Origin: an uncultured Rivularia sp.
GTDB taxonomy: Bacteria > Cyanobacteriota > Cyanobacteriia > Cyanobacteriales > Nostocaceae
Reading direction: 5' to 3'
Assembly: GCA_963665115.1 (NCBI GenBank)
Contig: OY762007.1
Coordinates: forward strand, 3,776,001-3,840,000
Length of the DNA stretch: 64,000 nt
Shown here: one piece after another, positions 1 to 10,291 of the stretch
Position numbering within the stretch: position 1 is the stretch's first letter
Layout: every line of letters starts with the position of its first letter
The notes under the pieces: generated by a model
The model's database searches: none
What the model was told of the DNA's origin: nothing
What the model saw: the letters and a program-made list of their open reading frames with translations, nothing else
Program-made: the position numbers and the translations under genes

Positions 1-746
1 CTTTTACCTCGCGAATAAACTTCTCACTCAACCACCTTTATTGTTGCTATTTATAATTTAATGTATAAAAGATAATTCTATTTGCCACTTTGGCATATTT
101 ATTTCAAAGTAATGATGAATAAATGTATAATTATTTGATTCAACATATATATATGTGACAGATATTTTTCTAAATATCATCATTTCAAAACTTAACAAAT
201 TCTCTGAAACAAAACCGAAGTTCTTGTTTCTTACAAATCTTAAATAAGCTATCGCTAAATATCATCATAAACAGGTTGACGACCTGGACTAATAGTTTAA
301 GGTTATACCGTACAAAGGGATGTTACAACCTTGCTACAAAAGGCTGGAATGTTTTTTATATAAGGGTTATCGGTAAAAAAAGTCGCAGCATTTATTAACA
401 ACCTCTTCTACGACAATTTAATGCTGCATAAAAAGTAAGGAAGAAGCACAATTTATTAACTTGTTGCCACGGCTGGCGATCGAGGTAAAACGATTACTGT
501 GCCGTGTAACTAAATTTTTTTTAATAGGATCTTTTCCTGTATTCCCTATTCCCTCTTCTACGACTATTTAATTGACATAACAAGTACAAAAGAAGGACCT
601 TGTTTTATTGATATCTTGATATTTATTGTTTAAATTATCAAATATAAATGCTATAATATAGAACCTACAAAAGAAATATTAATTAAAACTACAGGAATTT
701 TATGGAGTAAAACACATCGCTTTTGTAGACATTAGATCGATAACAT

Positions 747-784
747 TAAAACCTGTCATGGTAGATACAAAAAATTCTGACAGG
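747..784 (-). terminator. Probable intrinsic terminator of hetP
   Basis: CCTGTCA...TGACAGG stem followed by TTTT on the minus strand, about 50 nt past the hetP stop. Confidence 0.5.
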
Positions 785-836
785 AGTAAATAACACTTGG
801 GAATAACGATAATCTTTTCCCAAAATTTACTGATAA

Positions 837-1307
837 TTAATTAAAGTCACAAAAATGCAGAGAAAAATTTCGGTTTTCTTCTACCTTCAAATCGGGTTTT
901 ATTGATTGATACTCCCGGATTTGGGTTTCTAACCATTTGTCATGATTTGCACCGCCACGAATTTCTGTCTTCTGTTTGCCAACAACTTCAAGATAAGCCA
1001 AGTCTTTGATTTTATTTAAACAACTTGGTGACACATTGCTATCTTTTCTTCGGTTAGAACTTTGCTTGGCTATTTTTATATTTTCATTGTGCTGCGGTTT
1101 GGATTTCTTCGGAGAATGTTCTTTTATCAATCTGTTGTAAGTACGATAGGGAATGTAATGTAGAGGATTGTAGCCAGCAAAACGAAGCATTAAAACACAA
1201 GCCCAAGAATACTTCCCTGCTAGAATTGCTTCAACTACTTGGTCGAATTGTTCCGAATGTATTGTCTTATCTAAACTGCCACTAATGCCTATTGGATCTT
1301 GATTCAT
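837..1307 (-). CDS. hetP: Heterocyst commitment protein HetP
   Basis: Signature [42 protein letters not shown]; lies downstream of hetC. Confidence 0.93.
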   Translation of the reverse strand: MNQDPIGISGSLDKTIHSEQFDQVVEAILAGKYSWACVLMLRFAGYNPLHYIPYRTYNRLIKEHSPKKSKPQHNENIKIAKQSSNRRKDSNVSPSCLNKIKDLAYLEVVGKQKTEIRGGANHDKWLETQIREYQSIKPDLKVEENRNFSLHFCDFN

Positions 1308-1490
1308 GGTGTTGGTTATCTAGAATAATTTAGATTAGCCTTGTTACGTTTATTTGTCTGAGATAATCGGAAACTGTTTTGAGTGATTAAAGGAGCATCC
1401 TAACTGCATGGTGGTGACTTATAATGAATGCATCAACTGTGTTATTTATTTTTAATAAGACAGTTTGCTTGTTATTAGCCATGTAATTAA

Positions 1491-2105
1491 TTACTTTTTG
1501 CCCTCCCATAGCAATTCCACTTGATAACCCTCAAATAATTCTTTTGCAGTTTTCGTCTCTTCGTAGGTATAAACGACTTGCTCACACATGAACTCACAGT
1601 CTCTATAGTTTAGAAATGTAAGTAGGGTTTGAACTTTTTCTTCTTGATTGAAAATAGTTAAAAGCCAGTATCTCAAATTGATTGGTAACACAACCGGTTC
1701 AGCATAGAAAGCTGTTTTATCTTTGGCTGGTGTTACAGCTTGGTGAAGCACTTCAGACTTTATACCATTGGGGACTTTTGCTAAGTACAATTGTGCTTCT
1801 CTCAAAAGCTTGGGAACATTTCTTATTTCTCTTATTCTTGCTCCCATCGCAAAAATCATCACAGAAGTGATATTAACCGATAAGAATAAAAAATATTGTA
1901 CCTCCCGAAGCTTATTTAATAATTCCCGTAATAACAAATTCTCAAATCGTATATTCCGGGAAGCCGCCTTCAGCTTAAATAAGCTATAGCCTTCGTTTAT
2001 ATTTAGCGTGTTTAGAAAAGCGAAAATGATTGATGCACAACTCATCCCGCAGATTATTTTCTGGGGAGATAAACTTTCATTGGGATGTAAACTATACTGA
2101 TTCAT
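1491..2105 (-). CDS. Hypothetical protein between hetC and hetP (start uncertain)
   Basis: 204-codon ORF in very AT-rich DNA, co-oriented with hetC and hetP; no family recognised. Confidence 0.55.
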   Translation of the reverse strand: MNQYSLHPNESLSPQKIICGMSCASIIFAFLNTLNINEGYSLFKLKAASRNIRFENLLLRELLNKLREVQYFLFLSVNITSVMIFAMGARIREIRNVPKLLREAQLYLAKVPNGIKSEVLHQAVTPAKDKTAFYAEPVVLPINLRYWLLTIFNQEEKVQTLLTFLNYRDCEFMCEQVVYTYEETKTAKELFEGYQVELLWEGKK

Positions 2106-2644
2106 CCCTAAAATGCCTTCCGGGCATATATTTTCAACTGCATTGAAACCTGACGATCCTTTTCATTAATTGAACCTTTGACCAAAAATCCGACTTTCCT
2201 TTTCGAGGAAGGGATGCTTGTGAATGCCAAAATAAATAAATTTCAGTAATAGTAAGTTGGCAAGAGTACTACCATGCTTCAAAATTTACCTAGATAAATG
2301 TAAGATGACTGGTAATAAAAAATCTGCGCTTAGCATTCGGTAGAAGCAATTTAGCCTTTTTCTAATCTCCTAAACTTCTAATTCAATTACTTGACCCTGA
2401 TAAAAATTTGTATAATTAGAAACTGTTTTAATCTAGGAGCTTTTATGTGAAATCTCTTATTTTTAGTATAGCAAACAAAATTTCTTCATCTTTAATCGTT
2501 GATAACAACATTAGTACTTATACTATTTTTTGTCTTAAATGTCATCTGTCTTCTATAACGGTTTCTTACATTCAATCTACTTAATATAATTATACGAATA
2601 CTTAAGTATTGTGCAACTTTAAATTTTGTCCTTTATTAATTATT

Positions 2645-2669
2645 TAATGAGGGGTTTGACCCCCTATTA
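2645..2669. promoter_or_regulatory. HetR-binding palindrome of the hetP-promoter type
   Basis: TAATGAGGGGT-TTG-ACCCCCTATTA; the minus strand reads GGGGTCAAACCCCTCATTA, closely matching the Anabaena hetP HetR site GAGGGGTCTAACCCCTCATTA. Confidence 0.8.
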
Positions 2670-3184
2670 TTCATCTTTCTTATGACTGCAATTGATAATA
2701 CCTTTAAAAGTATTTTACTCTAATCTTTATATATCATGCATCTAAAATAAGAGAATATACATAGCATTGTAGACTCTACAAACTATTTACTTGAGTAAAT
2801 AATTCTAAAGCTAGGTACAAGCTATTGTATTATTAATAATAAGCTTAAAGTCCTCGTATATAAAGTTTTTACATTTATGAATACTGTCCAAAGTTTTTTA
2901 AAATTATGATGAAGTTGATTTTGCGTGGTGGGAGAATAATGGGATAAACAGTTGCAACAGATACAGTATTTTGGTATTATAAATAAGCTTGAATAATAAG
3001 TTTTCATATAGCATGATAAAAATCACCTAATGAAAGCATAAACATCATGTAGGTAGATTTGTAAAATTAAGCCAAATTCATCTATTTATAGACAAACTAT
3101 ATTTTCACTGACTAATTCATCAGTATTCCATTGTGCAAATATTTTGCATTAATTATTCACAGTAAATAATTTATCTTGGTGAGA

Positions 3185-6100
3185 TTACATATCCAGTTGC
3201 TGCTGTATTAAGCTTGGGTAAATCTTACTTTTTGTCATTAACTCTTCATGAGTACCTTGGTCTGCTAAAACACCTCGGTCAAGAACTAAAATAGTGTCGG
3301 CATTTTTGATGCTAATAAGATTAGCAGTAACAATAAAAGTAGTGCGGAGCGTTTGTGCAGTATCAATAGAAGCATGATTAAAGCGAGCTAATTTTTGTTG
3401 AAACTGATACTCCGAAAGCGAATCAACAGAACTACTAGCTTCATCGACAATTAAAATACGAGGATTTTTAATTAAAGTCCTAGCAATAGCTAATTTTTGT
3501 TGCTGTTTAGCATTCAGATTTATTCCTCCTCCTACGATAGTGCTGTAACCTAAAGGCAGTGCCTGGATAAAAGCGTGCGCTCCCGCAAGCTTGGCAGCAG
3601 CTTGAGCTTGTTCGAGGCTAAATTCTTGATTGTACAAAGTGATATTTTCTAAGATTGTTCCTGAAAACAGGAAAAATTCTTGTTGTATCACACCCAATTG
3701 TCTCCTCAAAGAACTAAGAGACACTTGGGTAATGTCGTGTCCATCAATCAGAATGCGTCCGCTATCGGCATGGTACAAGCCAGTAAGCAACTTAACTAAA
3801 GCTCTTTTACCGGAATCATTGCCCCCCACAATACCGATGGTTTGTCCTGGCTTTACGCGAAAAGAAATATTTTGCAAAATATTCCCCTGTTGCGAACTCT
3901 CTTGGTTTAAGCTGCCTGATTCGTTAAAACTGACATTTTCAAAATGCACTTCACCGCGAATAGGAGGTAATGCGGTTAAAGTTCTTTGTGTTTTTTCTTC
4001 GCTCTCGGTAGCTAAAACATTATCTAGTTTTTCAACAGAAGTTAATATGTCCGGAAATTCATCCCACAGCTTTACCAATCCCAACATCGGGTTTACCGTA
4101 TTACTGACAAGCATATTGAAAGCAATGAATTCACCTATAGAAATCTGAGAATCGATCGCCATCCGGGTGCCATACCATAGCACTGCCGTACTGCCGAGGT
4201 GATTAATCAAACTACTTGCGAACTGCAAACTATTAGTTAACTTTTGTCCAGACGATCGCGTCTTTATCATCTGGGTAAAATATTCTTCCCAGCGCGATCG
4301 CAAAGAGTTTTCGGCTTTCTCAGTTTTGATTGTGTTGATGCCGGTAACAATTTCTACTATTACGGAATTCTGTGCTTTAAAATCAAAAGCATATTGTCGC
4401 CCAATTTTTTTCACAAATAGACTAACCACTGCACTCAAACACATCATCGGTAGAATAAAACTCAGCACCACCAGAGTAAGCTGCCAACTGTAATAAGCCA
4501 TCACCGCAAAATAGACAAGCGTCATCAACCCATCCAAAATGGTAGTTATAGCTTGACGAGTTAAAAAGCGGTGAATTTTGGAGTTTTCTTGAATTTGGTT
4601 GAGAATATCTCCGACACTGTGAGATGCAAAAAAAGATAATGGTAATTCCAGGGTACGACTCACAAAATCGCTTATTAGAGTTACATCTAAGCGGTTAGAC
4701 AAATAGTCCAGAAAATGCTGGCGCAATGCAGTTAAAACAATACGTCCAAACCCGTATACGAGAAAACCGAAGGCAAAGAGATTTATCGAATCCAAATTTT
4801 TAGCCGTGGAAACTGCATCTACTACGGCTTGGGCTAGTATTGCTGGAACTACACCTAAAATGGGTAACAGTATGGAAACAACAATTATTTTTGCTAATAA
4901 AAGTCGATTATCTGCAAAAAACTTATAGAATCTTGCAAAAGAAACAAACTCACTCTTCTTGCTATAGAAATTCTCAGTAGGAGATAAAAGTAAGGCATAT
5001 CCTGTAAAATTTAATTCAAATTCTTCACGAGAAACCCATCTTTTACCTATAGCTGGATCTGAGATAAATACAGATTTACTTTTAAACCGCCATACAACTA
5101 TGTAGTGATTTCCCTGATAATGAGCTATCCAAGGTAATGGTTGCGACTCCAATTCATTCAAAGAAGCTCTTACTCCTAAAGCCTGATATCCCAAGCTTCG
5201 AGCCGCAACAGTTAAATCGTTGAACTCCGCACCCATAGAATTTATGTGTGCAATAGAACGTAGGGTATTTAAATTAAAGCGTTTACCCCAGTATTGACTA
5301 ATCGTTGCCAGACTTGCCGCACCGCAATCTGTAGAACTTTGCTGTTGAACAAAAGGATAAATTCTAAACCAGCGTCGAAGGGGATGTTGATTATTGAATT
5401 GCAGGTGTTGAGTAATTAATTCTCGCTTGGGAGCTTCCTGCTGAAAATTTGTCGGCTCAACCTCTTCTTCCGCAACTTCATCACTGTTAAGCTCAAAGCG
5501 AGAATCATCTTCAAGAAAACTTAACTCCGGTACAATCTCCGCAACTGAATCAAAGTTTTGTTTCGGTAGATAAAATAGCGATAAATCGGTTCTAGATATA
5601 AAATCCCCTGGGATTGTATTCGGATATCCCCAGCTTTCTCCCACTAATGGCGGTCTATTTTGATCGGAAATGCTGCCTATTTCCCCACTTACAAGCCAAA
5701 AACGCCCCTCCGTTGGAGATGCTGCTGCCAAAAGAGAACCTTCATTAAGATTGATGTTGAGAAAAGAAAGAAGTAGTTTTTGCAGAGTAGGAGTATTTTG
5801 CGATAGATAGAGCTTAGCCGAACGCAATTCTGTCAGCGTCTTGAAAAAGATTAACTTTTGACGCTCTTGAGTAACTCGTGAAAAATAATCGAACAAAGCA
5901 GGGTAGCGCTGCAACCAAATATCGAGATGCTGTAAAGAAATTTGAAAAAGCATTCCACTACTAGATGCCACAGCTCGATATTCTTGATAAGTACTAGTGC
6001 AAAATGCATCATCCCCGCCAAAAAATTGATTTGGATGAAGCAATTGAATTGAAACTTCCTTTCCCAAGGATTCATCAAACCCTAACAATCGGACTTTACC

Positions 6101-6343
6101 TTGAGAGATCAAGTAAATAACACCACCGCTAACTCCGGAGCGCCCGACGCAATTGTACTGAGTTAGTTCATCACCTAATTCAAACTTACGATTTATCCAA
6201 GCTTCTTTAAACTCAGATGGAAAATTAGTATCACCAATAACCTGCTTCCAAAGCTGGTAAATAGCTTCGGAAGCAGTTAATGACGGAGTATTTGTTGTAT
6301 CATTATCCGCTTTCTGAACTCCCAAACTTGGGTACGAGTCCAT
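3185..6343 (-). CDS. hetC: HetC, peptidase-containing ABC exporter (cNMP-binding, C39 peptidase, TMD and NBD domains)
   Basis: N-terminal cNMP-like region, C39 motif QQSSTDCGAASL...HYIV, transmembrane segments and ABC domain; upstream of hetP. Confidence 0.88.
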   Translation of the reverse strand: MDSYPSLGVQKADNDTTNTPSLTASEAIYQLWKQVIGDTNFPSEFKEAWINRKFELGDELTQYNCVGRSGVSGGVIYLISQGKVRLLGFDESLGKEVSIQLLHPNQFFGGDDAFCTSTYQEYRAVASSSGMLFQISLQHLDIWLQRYPALFDYFSRVTQERQKLIFFKTLTELRSAKLYLSQNTPTLQKLLLSFLNINLNEGSLLAAASPTEGRFWLVSGEIGSISDQNRPPLVGESWGYPNTIPGDFISRTDLSLFYLPKQNFDSVAEIVPELSFLEDDSRFELNSDEVAEEEVEPTNFQQEAPKRELITQHLQFNNQHPLRRWFRIYPFVQQQSSTDCGAASLATISQYWGKRFNLNTLRSIAHINSMGAEFNDLTVAARSLGYQALGVRASLNELESQPLPWIAHYQGNHYIVVWRFKSKSVFISDPAIGKRWVSREEFELNFTGYALLLSPTENFYSKKSEFVSFARFYKFFADNRLLLAKIIVVSILLPILGVVPAILAQAVVDAVSTAKNLDSINLFAFGFLVYGFGRIVLTALRQHFLDYLSNRLDVTLISDFVSRTLELPLSFFASHSVGDILNQIQENSKIHRFLTRQAITTILDGLMTLVYFAVMAYYSWQLTLVVLSFILPMMCLSAVVSLFVKKIGRQYAFDFKAQNSVIVEIVTGINTIKTEKAENSLRSRWEEYFTQMIKTRSSGQKLTNSLQFASSLINHLGSTAVLWYGTRMAIDSQISIGEFIAFNMLVSNTVNPMLGLVKLWDEFPDILTSVEKLDNVLATESEEKTQRTLTALPPIRGEVHFENVSFNESGSLNQESSQQGNILQNISFRVKPGQTIGIVGGNDSGKRALVKLLTGLYHADSGRILIDGHDITQVSLSSLRRQLGVIQQEFFLFSGTILENITLYNQEFSLEQAQAAAKLAGAHAFIQALPLGYSTIVGGGINLNAKQQQKLAIARTLIKNPRILIVDEASSSVDSLSEYQFQQKLARFNHASIDTAQTLRTTFIVTANLISIKNADTILVLDRGVLADQGTHEELMTKSKIYPSLIQQQLDM

Positions 6344-6720
6344 CGTTTAATCTCTAATTAAAGTAACTTTATTGACTCTAGTTAAAACTTGTAGCGGTAG
6401 TTTAAAAGAAGCTCTAAATACGATCAATATAGGCTTTTATCCTAATTGTTAACCACTTATTAGCTCTTGGCACCCGTATTAAAAATTACTAGTTATTCTT
6501 TCATTTTTATTTTATAAATAGTTAGTGGCTTTTCGTACAGTGAAAATTGAAAACAACACATTTAGCTAGCCAAACCCAATTCTTGATTATACCAGAGCAT
6601 TAATTACCATTAAATGCATTCTTATTAAATTTCAGCCCCTACCGTCAATAAACATCTTATACTTTATCGAAGTTTTAATTTTACTTCAATTTGTGTTCAT
6701 TGTTGCAAGTAAAATAATAA

Positions 6721-6736
6721 TGTATGTTTGGGTACA
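6721..6736. promoter_or_regulatory. Candidate NtcA-binding site upstream of hetC
   Basis: TGTA-TGTTTGGG-TACA is a perfect GTA-N8-TAC, about 380 bp upstream of the hetC start; hetC is a known NtcA target. Confidence 0.6.
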
Positions 6737-6958
6737 AACTCTAATTAGTAAATAATTTACAATTAGATACTTTTAGGATTAAAACTTGTCACATAAACGG
6801 CATAATTACTAATTTTTAGACAACAAATCTTTATAAAAATCAAATTTATTGACATAAAACTTGTTCATTGCGAACATATAGTGCAATTGATTAGCTGTGG
6901 TTATAATTAGAGCTAATATCATTTGCATTTTAAAAATAAATATTTAATTTTTTTGAAT

Positions 6959-7040
6959 AGGGAATTGGGCATGGGGAATGGGGAATTGTTAAGAGTTAGG
7001 AGTTAGGAGTGAGTAGTGAGTAGCAAGTAGTAAGTAATAA
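6959..7040. repeat. Mixed STRR-type 7-mer tandem repeats
   Basis: GGGAATT/GGGCATG, GAGTTAG and GAGTAGT-like units. Confidence 0.7.
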
Positions 7041-7118
7041 GTATTAAGGAGTTAGGAATTTTAAATTACCCGTTGTCTCCTTGTCTCCCCATCTCCCCCT
7101 CTCCCCCCTTCTCCCAAA

Positions 7119-9539
7119 TTAATCAACCATCAAATAAATCGCCCAAATAGCCATCGCTCTGAGGTAAACGCAGGCACGGAAGGTTCCAGCAGCGGTAATG
7201 GCTTCGGGGGTACGGAACTGTAAGCCGTTGTCATAAATTTGATTTACTACAGCTTCTGTCAACTTAAATGCTTCCGATTTCTTTCCCATTTGTACTAGAA
7301 AAGCGGCGATTCCGAAGTTGATTCCCGTCCATACTTCTAAGGGATGAGTTGCATCGGGATTTTCCGGAGAACCATCGGGACGTAAACCATTAGCAGCACC
7401 AAGTTTGCCGTCGTTGAAGTTAAGGAAACAAGCATCATAAACGGTATTTAAAGCTGAAATAGCGCATTCCGGAGGTACAATATCGGGTAGCTGCAACAAA
7501 CGAGCGTAGAATTGCCCGCATAATTGATCCGCCATTACGACATCAGAACCGCTTTCACTATCGAGACGATAAAATTTACCGTTCCATAGCTTTTCTTGAT
7601 AAACGGGACGAGATTTTTCTAACCAAGCTTCGTAAATGGATTTTTCTGACGCTAAATTCTCGATTTGTACTTCTTTGGTTAACAAAACTTCGCTGATGGC
7701 GATCGCCGCTTCCAAGGCTGCCAACCATAACCCGCCGCAATAAGCACTCACGCCCAGCAACCGCCAATCATCAAAGGTTTGATCCGGGGCACCAGAATTC
7801 TCTGGAATCCCGTCGTTATCTTTATCAAAAGCTTTGAGATAGTTTAAAGTTTCAACAATCGCATTCCAACAATCTTCGAGAAAATCAATATCATTACTAC
7901 CTGTAAAAACAAAATCCCGATACACCTGTAATACAAAATCACAACCCAAATCTTTCCACTGGTTGCAATCTTGATAGCTGGTGTAATTTGTCTTTTCCCA
8001 AACGTGTTCGTTGGGTGCGCCTAAATCGTGAGGTGTTGCACCCTTAGCTTTACGGACAGCTTCATGACTTTCTGCACCGATAGTATAGTAGTAGCCGATG
8101 ACACGAGTATTTTTATCGCTATCGGGGATTGCTCGTGCAAAAGCCCGAATTACAGCTTTTTCTAATTCCGGAAACAACATTAATAAGCCGAAAGAACCGT
8201 AAAGCCGCACGTCTAAACTTTCATACCAGCGATAGTCCAAACATTCAAGTACGGCAAATTGACCGACTGGATCGCGAGGTGAAGCCGCACTCCACAAAGT
8301 ACCGCCAGCAGTTAGGTCATAAAGTTCGTTAAACAAAGCCATTTTGAACCAGTCGGGCAAATCCGACCGTTCAATAATTGGTTGTTGCCAAACTTGAATT
8401 TGAGAAAGCCAATTTTGATATTCTTGGAGAGCAGTGGCAGCAATATTAAGGGCATTCTTACCATTACCGCCAAAAAAATCAGTATATCTGCGCTTATATG
8501 TAATCCCCGATACAAATTCTGTTACCGGAAAATCCCAAGCGACAGCAAAAGGTATTTCTAAAGTTTCTCCCGGTTGCAGAGTAAAACGCACGGCAATTGC
8601 TGCCCCTATTTGTTCGTTTTCAACTGCGGAAGTTTCATCATTAATATTAGCTAAAGAACCATTTTCAGCGAAGCTTTGCCAGATATCTTCACCAGTACAA
8701 GTTGGATTCCACCGATTGTGGTGAAAAATTTCTAATTTTGGATTTTTAGCAGTAGCAATACACCAAGTACCTTCACCCTCTACTGGTTCTGCGGTACCTA
8801 CTTGATCTAAAACACAACCAACGTATTCAGAATTCTCGATTAACCGATTAAAATTATTTTTACTTTCACCTAAATTGGGTTGGTAATCATAAACCGGACT
8901 ACCATCATCTCGCATTTCCACTTCAGGAGACTTTACAGTATTAGTAAACCACCCCACCATATTCTGCCAAGTCAGCATAATACTTATAGTAATCGGCTCC
9001 GAAGTCGGATTATTAGCATTCCAAACAAACATCGCCACCGGGTAGCTGGATTCTTGGTAATTATCAGCCCAAATCGGAGAGAATTGCTCGCAACTTAAAT
9101 GTGCTTGAAAGACTTCATATATAAACCAACTGCGGGGATATAACGCATGATAGGTTCCGCTAGAATTGGCTTTAGATTTGGATTGAGGATAAAAATTCCA
9201 AGCTGACAAAGTACTATCATTACTTGGTTCTGTAGATAATGCATAAGCAACACTTTGATTTTTGCTACTTTCAAACACGCTAAACTGACAAGCGGGGATA
9301 TTTTGAAATGTATGTTCCCCACCATCGATATGCCAGAAGTTAAAATCTCCCCGTGAAGAACGCCCGATACAGCCAGCACCAAAGCCACCCAGAGGCATTC
9401 CGTGCCAAGGACCGTCATCAATATTACTAGCTTTACGCACGGTATAGGGTTTATCCCAATCCAAACCAATAGCACGACTCCAAGCGCAAGTAGGAATTAC
9501 CCTGTAAGACGGATTTTTCATATGTAATTTTTGCAGCAT
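7119..9539 (-). CDS. GH116 family glycosyl hydrolase (GBA2-like beta-glucosidase)
   Basis: GMPLGGFGAGCIGR, ECLDYRWYESLDV, PHDLG, DQTFDDW and FRTPEA motifs. Confidence 0.92.
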   Translation of the reverse strand: MLQKLHMKNPSYRVIPTCAWSRAIGLDWDKPYTVRKASNIDDGPWHGMPLGGFGAGCIGRSSRGDFNFWHIDGGEHTFQNIPACQFSVFESSKNQSVAYALSTEPSNDSTLSAWNFYPQSKSKANSSGTYHALYPRSWFIYEVFQAHLSCEQFSPIWADNYQESSYPVAMFVWNANNPTSEPITISIMLTWQNMVGWFTNTVKSPEVEMRDDGSPVYDYQPNLGESKNNFNRLIENSEYVGCVLDQVGTAEPVEGEGTWCIATAKNPKLEIFHHNRWNPTCTGEDIWQSFAENGSLANINDETSAVENEQIGAAIAVRFTLQPGETLEIPFAVAWDFPVTEFVSGITYKRRYTDFFGGNGKNALNIAATALQEYQNWLSQIQVWQQPIIERSDLPDWFKMALFNELYDLTAGGTLWSAASPRDPVGQFAVLECLDYRWYESLDVRLYGSFGLLMLFPELEKAVIRAFARAIPDSDKNTRVIGYYYTIGAESHEAVRKAKGATPHDLGAPNEHVWEKTNYTSYQDCNQWKDLGCDFVLQVYRDFVFTGSNDIDFLEDCWNAIVETLNYLKAFDKDNDGIPENSGAPDQTFDDWRLLGVSAYCGGLWLAALEAAIAISEVLLTKEVQIENLASEKSIYEAWLEKSRPVYQEKLWNGKFYRLDSESGSDVVMADQLCGQFYARLLQLPDIVPPECAISALNTVYDACFLNFNDGKLGAANGLRPDGSPENPDATHPLEVWTGINFGIAAFLVQMGKKSEAFKLTEAVVNQIYDNGLQFRTPEAITAAGTFRACVYLRAMAIWAIYLMVD

Positions 9540-10291
9540 TCAGTTACGACAATGAAGTATGACAGTAAAGTGCAATTTTTCTCAAGCCCCAATTCATACC
9601 ATCGAAGTTAATTGGAGATGGGGAGACAAGGGGACAAAGGGACAAAGGGACAAGGAGATCAATAACTTACTCCCTACTCCCAATCCAAAACAAAAGCATC
9701 CGTTGTCAAAATCCAAAATCTTAAAAAGTGCGTTCCAACCTAGAAATGCGTTAAAATTAAGTACCATATATACAAAGTAATCTACTACTATGCCGCCTAT
9801 ATGTTTAGTGATTAGCAAAAGCTATTAGTTAAATATAGTTCTCGTAATGTAAATGTAGAGGCTTGAGGCTATATTGTGTCTATACCAGTAATAGTCAGTA
9901 AACCAGAAAAGAAACAAAAATTATACTTAGTCCATACAAAGTAACAAAAAAGGAGGGTTATAGAAGTGTATATGCACGGGCAGCCCCCATTGCTGGCAAC
10001 AAGTTAAAATGAGAGTCGAATCTTGGGAAGCATTATAATAAATTGCATCTCGTCAGATTTAACAAAATCTATTAACAGTGTCAGTCCTAGCCTAGATAGG
10101 ATCGAGATTAAAAGTTGCTAAGTAATTAAATTATTTTTCATCCCACAATCAACCGTGGGAGTATTTAAAAAACACAGGTTAAGCTAGAGGAGAGAGTTAA
10201 CCTACTTTGCCTAAATCTAGGTATGGCAAGGAGCAATACTCCCATTCCTCAAATGCCCGAATTGTCTCTAGGAAAGCATTGTCCTTACTCC

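Noticed and set aside
754..769. TGT-N10-ACA NtcA-like site after hetP
   Set aside because: One mismatch to consensus and it overlaps the hetP terminator hairpin
2822..3007. 61-aa ORF downstream of hetC as a HetC substrate or PatS-like peptide
   Set aside because: No double-Gly leader, no RGSGR motif and no RBS; likely spurious
3630..4148. 172-aa antisense ORF in hetC and similar shadow ORFs in carB, dnaK, clpC, ribosomal and RND genes
   Set aside because: Antisense frames of well-supported genes
9559..9818. Overlapping 73- and 74-aa ORFs
   Set aside because: They run through GGGACAA-type tandem repeats and lack protein-like features
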